From assembly GCF_000017945.1 (NCBI RefSeq), contig NC_009776.1:630001-662000 (forward strand): a stretch of DNA of 32,000 bases. Direction: 5' to 3'. Below are positions 30,816 through 32,000 of the stretch, in pieces. The position numbers and the translations under genes were made by a program. Below the pieces are notes generated by a model, which saw only the letters and a program-made list of their open reading frames with translations, was not told the origin of the DNA and did not search any database. Every line of letters starts with the position of its first letter. Within the stretch, counting starts at the first letter, position 1. The stretch comes from Ignicoccus hospitalis KIN4/I (GTDB lineage: Archaea; Thermoproteota; Thermoprotei_A; Sulfolobales; Ignicoccaceae).

Positions 30816-32000
30816 TCTTCATCGTCCCTCGTGGCGTGGTACTTCTCCCACTCGTCCACCGCGTCGATGTCTTGTCCGACTTTCTTTATTTCGGCGTGGT
30901 CCACCTTCACTATAGCCGGCAACGGCGCCAAAGGGCCTAGGACTAGGGCCTCTCCCACCGAGAGCGAAGGCAAGTGTTTGACCAGCTCCTCGCTCAAGCC
31001 CTCGCTGCTGGCTTGTACGTGCCTCTGGTCTCCGGGTTCGACCAGCTTAAGCACTATCAGATTGTTGGCTTGACTCAAGGCGTCTTGGTCCAAGCCCTTA
31101 GGCCTCTGGGAGACCATAACTAGGCCTACGCCGAACTTCCTCCCTTCCCTAGTTATTCTCGACACCCAGTACTTGGTCAAGGTCCTCCTGTTAGCGGGCG
31201 CGAGTATGTGGGCCTCTTCCAGCACCAAGAGGATAGGAACTTTTAGGACTGCTTTACCCTTAGAGCCGGCCTCCCCCAAGACCTTCCTCTTCCTCGCGTT
31301 CAATATACTCTTTAGAGATACACTTACAATTATATCGGCCATATCTTCGTCCAGCGAGTGTAAGTCCATCACGTTCAGCGAGGCCGGCTTTATCCTTTCC
31401 ACTACGTCGGAGGCGTCAAAGTCAAATATTTCCTTGTATTTCTGTTCTGCATCTTGGATCTTTACCAACAAGTTAGGTATGGCAGAGTTGACGTCGCTCT
31501 TCGCGTCTATTACAGTGTACAAGTCAGAGCAGTCGTTCTTCTCACAGACTTTCGTCTTGTTCGCATTCTTTAAAGCAATCTTTATTGACGTCAACGGCGT
31601 CGTGGGGTTGAACTTACCGTACTCCCTTAGAATCTGCGCCGCCAACGCGATGTTATCGTAGTGGATAACGGGCATCTCTTTGGTGTGCATTAGCTCAATC
31701 AACATGTTTTGTAATATTCTGAAGAACTTTTCTTTACTCTCGACGACGTTGCTGTTCTCTATCACTTTCCATAAGGTTAACACGTTACGGAGGTAAAGCT
31801 CTTGTTTATGTGCGTCCTTGCTGAGGCCGATGAGCTTGGAGAAGGAGTCCGCGTCCAGCTTCGTAGGGTCGAGCTTAGGCTCTATGACGTTTACGTACTC
31901 CGCGTCGAGCCTCGAGTACTCGCCGTGCATGTCAAAGATGAGAACGCATCCATTCTTTTCTTTAACTATTCTGGTCGTTAGGACGGTAACGGTGTTACTC
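30794..32000 (-). CDS. HerA-type (DUF87) FtsK-HerA superfamily ATPase, N-terminus beyond the right window edge
   Basis: The track starts at M (31930), but manual translation shows the frame is open to nt 32000 (…SNTVTVLTTRIVKEKNGCVLIFDMHGEYSRL), the HerA motif that follows Walker A. Walker B PILLVLEEAHILAP; REGRKFGVGLVMVSQRPKGLD; NLIVLKLVEPGDQRHV; SVGEALVLGP. Confidence 0.8.
   Translation of the reverse strand, partial: SNTVTVLTTRIVKEKNGCVLIFDMHGEYSRLDAEYVNVIEPKLDPTKLDADSFSKLIGLSKDAHKQELYLRNVLTLWKVIENSNVVESKEKFFRILQNMLIELMHTKEMPVIHYDNIALAAQILREYGKFNPTTPLTSIKIALKNANKTKVCEKNDCSDLYTVIDAKSDVNSAIPNLLVKIQDAEQKYKEIFDFDASDVVERIKPASLNVMDLHSLDEDMADIIVSVSLKSILNARKRKVLGEAGSKGKAVLKVPILLVLEEAHILAPANRRTLTKYWVSRITREGRKFGVGLVMVSQRPKGLDQDALSQANNLIVLKLVEPGDQRHVQASSEGLSEELVKHLPSLSVGEALVLGPLAPLPAIVKVDHAEIKKVGQDIDAVDEWEKYHATRDDEEWGTWEE

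Noticed and set aside
1-32000. A search by eye for CRISPR repeats, IS elements, integrase or recombinase genes, long direct or inverted repeats flanking the accessory genes, and rRNA or tRNA genes.
   Set aside because: None were recognised. Intergenic spacers are nearly all under 110 nt and are occupied by TATA-like promoter elements. A computational repeat or att-site search was not possible here.

Overview
This is a gene-dense archaeal chromosome segment with about 40 protein genes, many joined by 1-47 nt overlaps (ATGA, GTGA and TAATG junctions). The gene content is archaeal: PCNA, Pth2, eS28, eL24, SBDS, Lrp and TtuA/Ncs6-type and MoaA-type Fe-S enzymes. TATA-like boxes sit about 27-30 nt upstream of several start codons (leaderless style), and Arg is mostly AGG/AGA. 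Together these suggest a hyperthermophilic crenarchaeon, possibly Desulfurococcales-like; that placement is inference, not a database result. By eye I found no rRNA, tRNA, CRISPR array, transposase or integrase.

Housekeeping content:
- SBDS (partial), moaA, a metal repressor, a purine PRTase, a geranylgeranyl-reductase-family flavoprotein and Lrp
- PCNA, pth2, rps28e, rpl24e, ndk, argC/lysY, livHMGF and pyrH

Accessory-looking or unusual content:
1. A VirB4-type ATPase tightly linked (4-nt gap) to a 508-aa polytopic membrane protein (13789..16708). It resembles the crenarchaeal Ced/Ted conjugation-related DNA-transfer machinery but has atypical architecture and no visible pilin gene.
2. A HerA-type ATPase (partial, at the right edge) coupled to a Cys-rich 274-aa protein of unknown family (29991..32000).
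3. A radical-SAM/TRAM-like enzyme with CX7CX2C spacing, overlapping by ATGA a TtuA/Ncs6-like PP-loop enzyme that carries an extra C-terminal domain (6354..9028).
4. A PAPS-reductase-like PP-loop protein fused to a 2x[4Fe-4S] ferredoxin domain (16762..18708).
5. An operon encoding a membrane-anchored wHTH protein, an anchored protein and a large GT-C-like membrane protein (9369..12508).
6. An M28-peptidase-like gene split across frames (18743..19640).

All functional calls rest on motif recognition from memory, without searches. Coordinates come from the ORF track, adjusted where internal starts fit better.
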